Below are positions 62,645 through 64,000 of a stretch of 64,000 bases of DNA, piece by piece (positions within the stretch are counted from its first letter, which is position 1; the number at the start of each line of letters is the position of its first letter). Source of the stretch: an uncultured bacterium. Its GTDB lineage: Bacteria > Verrucomicrobiota > Verrucomicrobiia > Limisphaerales > UBA8199. The notes under the pieces were generated by a model. That model did no database searches. It saw only the letters and a program-made list of their open reading frames with translations, and was not told where the DNA came from. A program made the translations under genes and the position numbers. Location: contig CAVVMW010000012.1 of NCBI GenBank assembly GCA_963749495.1, positions 1 through 64,000 on the forward strand, given 5' to 3'.

Positions 62645-63424
62645 ATGAACACCGCCGAGATCCCCAACCAGACCCTCAACGAGGCCTATCATGCCATCGC
62701 CGAACGACGGGAGGTAAACCCGGCTGCGTTGGATCGCCAGACGGTTGACAAGGCCGAGTTCATGGCTGCCCTGGCCTACGTGCTCGGCATCCCGCTCGTC
62801 GAACCGGCAGACTTGGCCGAGGGGCTGCTCGCCGAGTGCGGCAAGCTCACGGCTGAACTTGAGACTGCCGCCTTGATGGAATACAAATTCGTCCCCCTGG
62901 CCCGCCGCGGGGAAACTCTCGTCGTTATCAGCAGCTGCCCCTGGGACCCTATCACGACCGAAGTGCTGTTGGGCTACTTTCAGCAGTGTTCCCTGATCAA
63001 GTTTGCCCTCGCCAGCCCGCAATGCTTGCAGGCTTTGTTCGACCATCTGAAGCAGGCCGAGGCCAAGAATCAGGAGCCCGCGGCAGCCGGGTATGTGCCC
63101 AAGCCGCTGCTCGCCAAGGGGATGATTTCACAATCGCCAGGCGCCGCTCCTGCATCCGCCGTTGCGCCGGCATCGCGAATCGAGGAACGGACGCCCTCCG
63201 TTGTCATGCCGCCGGGAACAAGGCCGCCTGTTGCCGCCAAGATTCCCGCTTCCAAAGGGCCCGCCGCGACAGCTCCGGCGGCTGTCGCGACAGGGATCGG
63301 GAGCCCCGCGCAGCCAGCGGGCGGGGCACCGATGCTGACGCAGGAAGACATCGCGCATCTGATCAATGTCCTTGCCCTTGAAATCCAGCGGCTGCTGCAA
63401 CAAAAGACGCGCCGGTCGCTATAA
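62645..63424 (+). CDS. Stand-alone PilB/GspE N-terminal-domain protein with Pro/Ala-rich tail
   Basis: ALA..LGIPLV...YKFVPL..RGETLVV....PWD......IKFALASP; no ATPase motifs. Confidence 0.7.
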   Translation: MNTAEIPNQTLNEAYHAIAERREVNPAALDRQTVDKAEFMAALAYVLGIPLVEPADLAEGLLAECGKLTAELETAALMEYKFVPLARRGETLVVISSCPWDPITTEVLLGYFQQCSLIKFALASPQCLQALFDHLKQAEAKNQEPAAAGYVPKPLLAKGMISQSPGAAPASAVAPASRIEERTPSVVMPPGTRPPVAAKIPASKGPAATAPAAVATGIGSPAQPAGGAPMLTQEDIAHLINVLALEIQRLLQQKTRRSL

Positions 63425-63431
63425 TGGAACA

Positions 63432-64000
63432 ATGGCAGAACCGAACCGTCTTCAAACTCCCGAGCAGCTTGCCGCCGTGCTCAACCAACTGCTCGAGCAC
63501 AAGGTCAGCGATATCTATATTTGCGCTGGGCAAACCATCCACGTGCGGACCAACGGGGAGGTGCGCTCGACCTCGATCACCGCGCCGGAGGAAGGCGTGC
63601 TTGTCGCGTTTCTCAATCAGGCCGGCGACACAGCCATCAAAGGCGCCATCACCAGCGTGGAGACCTGCCCGGAAGGGTCCGTGGACGGCGCCGTCACTTG
63701 CGATGGGCGCCGGTACCGTTTCAACCTCTATCGGGCGCTGGATGCGCAAACGCTGCGCCAGACGGCGCGGATTTCGCTGCGCCCACTGAGCGACCACATC
63801 CCTGCCCCCGAGGAAATCCAGCTGGATCTGCGCACCGTGCAGACGATTGAGGCCTTCCGGCAGGGGTTGGTATTGGTCTGCGGCAAGACGGGCCAGGGCA
63901 AATCAACCACGCTGGCTTCGCTGCTCCAGCACCGGGCCGCCACGTTTGCCGAACACCTCATCACCCTGGAACAGCCGGTCGAATACGTCCTGCGCAGCGA
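63432..64000 (+). CDS. Second PilT/PilU-like ATPase (runs off the window)
   Basis: Own translation from ATG 63432: VSDIYI, RYRFNLYR, ISLRPL, GLVLVCGKTGQGKSTTLAS, ITLEQPVEY. Confidence 0.85.
   Translation, partial: MAEPNRLQTPEQLAAVLNQLLEHKVSDIYICAGQTIHVRTNGEVRSTSITAPEEGVLVAFLNQAGDTAIKGAITSVETCPEGSVDGAVTCDGRRYRFNLYRALDAQTLRQTARISLRPLSDHIPAPEEIQLDLRTVQTIEAFRQGLVLVCGKTGQGKSTTLASLLQHRAATFAEHLITLEQPVEYVLRS

Larger units (their letters stand above)
9885..64000. mobile_element. Large integrative conjugative element-like island (T4SS + type IV pilus + PolA/DinG/RNase HII); right end outside the window
   Basis: Abrupt switch from sugar genes to XRE regulators, conjugation, pilin and DNA-metabolism genes after a truncated host gene. 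No integrase or relaxase in view. Confidence 0.7.

Noticed and set aside
1..64000. tRNA, rRNA, integrase, relaxase, VirD4 coupling protein, oriT
   Set aside because: None recognised by eye; they may lie beyond the right edge or be too divergent.

Overview
GC-rich bacterial DNA, probably Verrucomicrobiota (inferred from the sugar-enzyme style and TN-rich exported proteins). About 1-9.9 kb looks like host chromosome: carbohydrate-active enzymes, a sugar isomerase, an NTPase, and only the 3' end of a radical-SAM gene. From about 9.9 kb to beyond the right edge lies a large mobile element, probably an ICE whose left junction cuts that radical-SAM gene. It carries: (i) a divergent F-like conjugative T4SS (TraE/VirB8-like x2, TraK, TraB, TraV, VirB5-like x2, VirB6, VirB2, VirB4/TraC, TraL); (ii) interleaved type IV pilus genes (7 prepilin-like genes, two PilT-like ATPases, two stand-alone PilB/GspE N-terminal domains, a PilM/N/O-like trio); (iii) a DNA replication/repair kit (UDG-like domain fused to a phage-type PolA, DinG, an RNase HII with an Asp->Asn active-site change, a miniature endonuclease III); (iv) a Fic/HEAT-repeat cargo block. 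Many element genes share a C-TAnAAT-GG-N3-6-ATG motif that suggests leaderless promoters. No integrase, relaxase, coupling protein, CRISPR array or RNA gene was seen. More than ten single-base frameshifts in both host and element genes suggest a noisy long-read assembly. All functional calls come from motif recognition by eye; no database searches were run.
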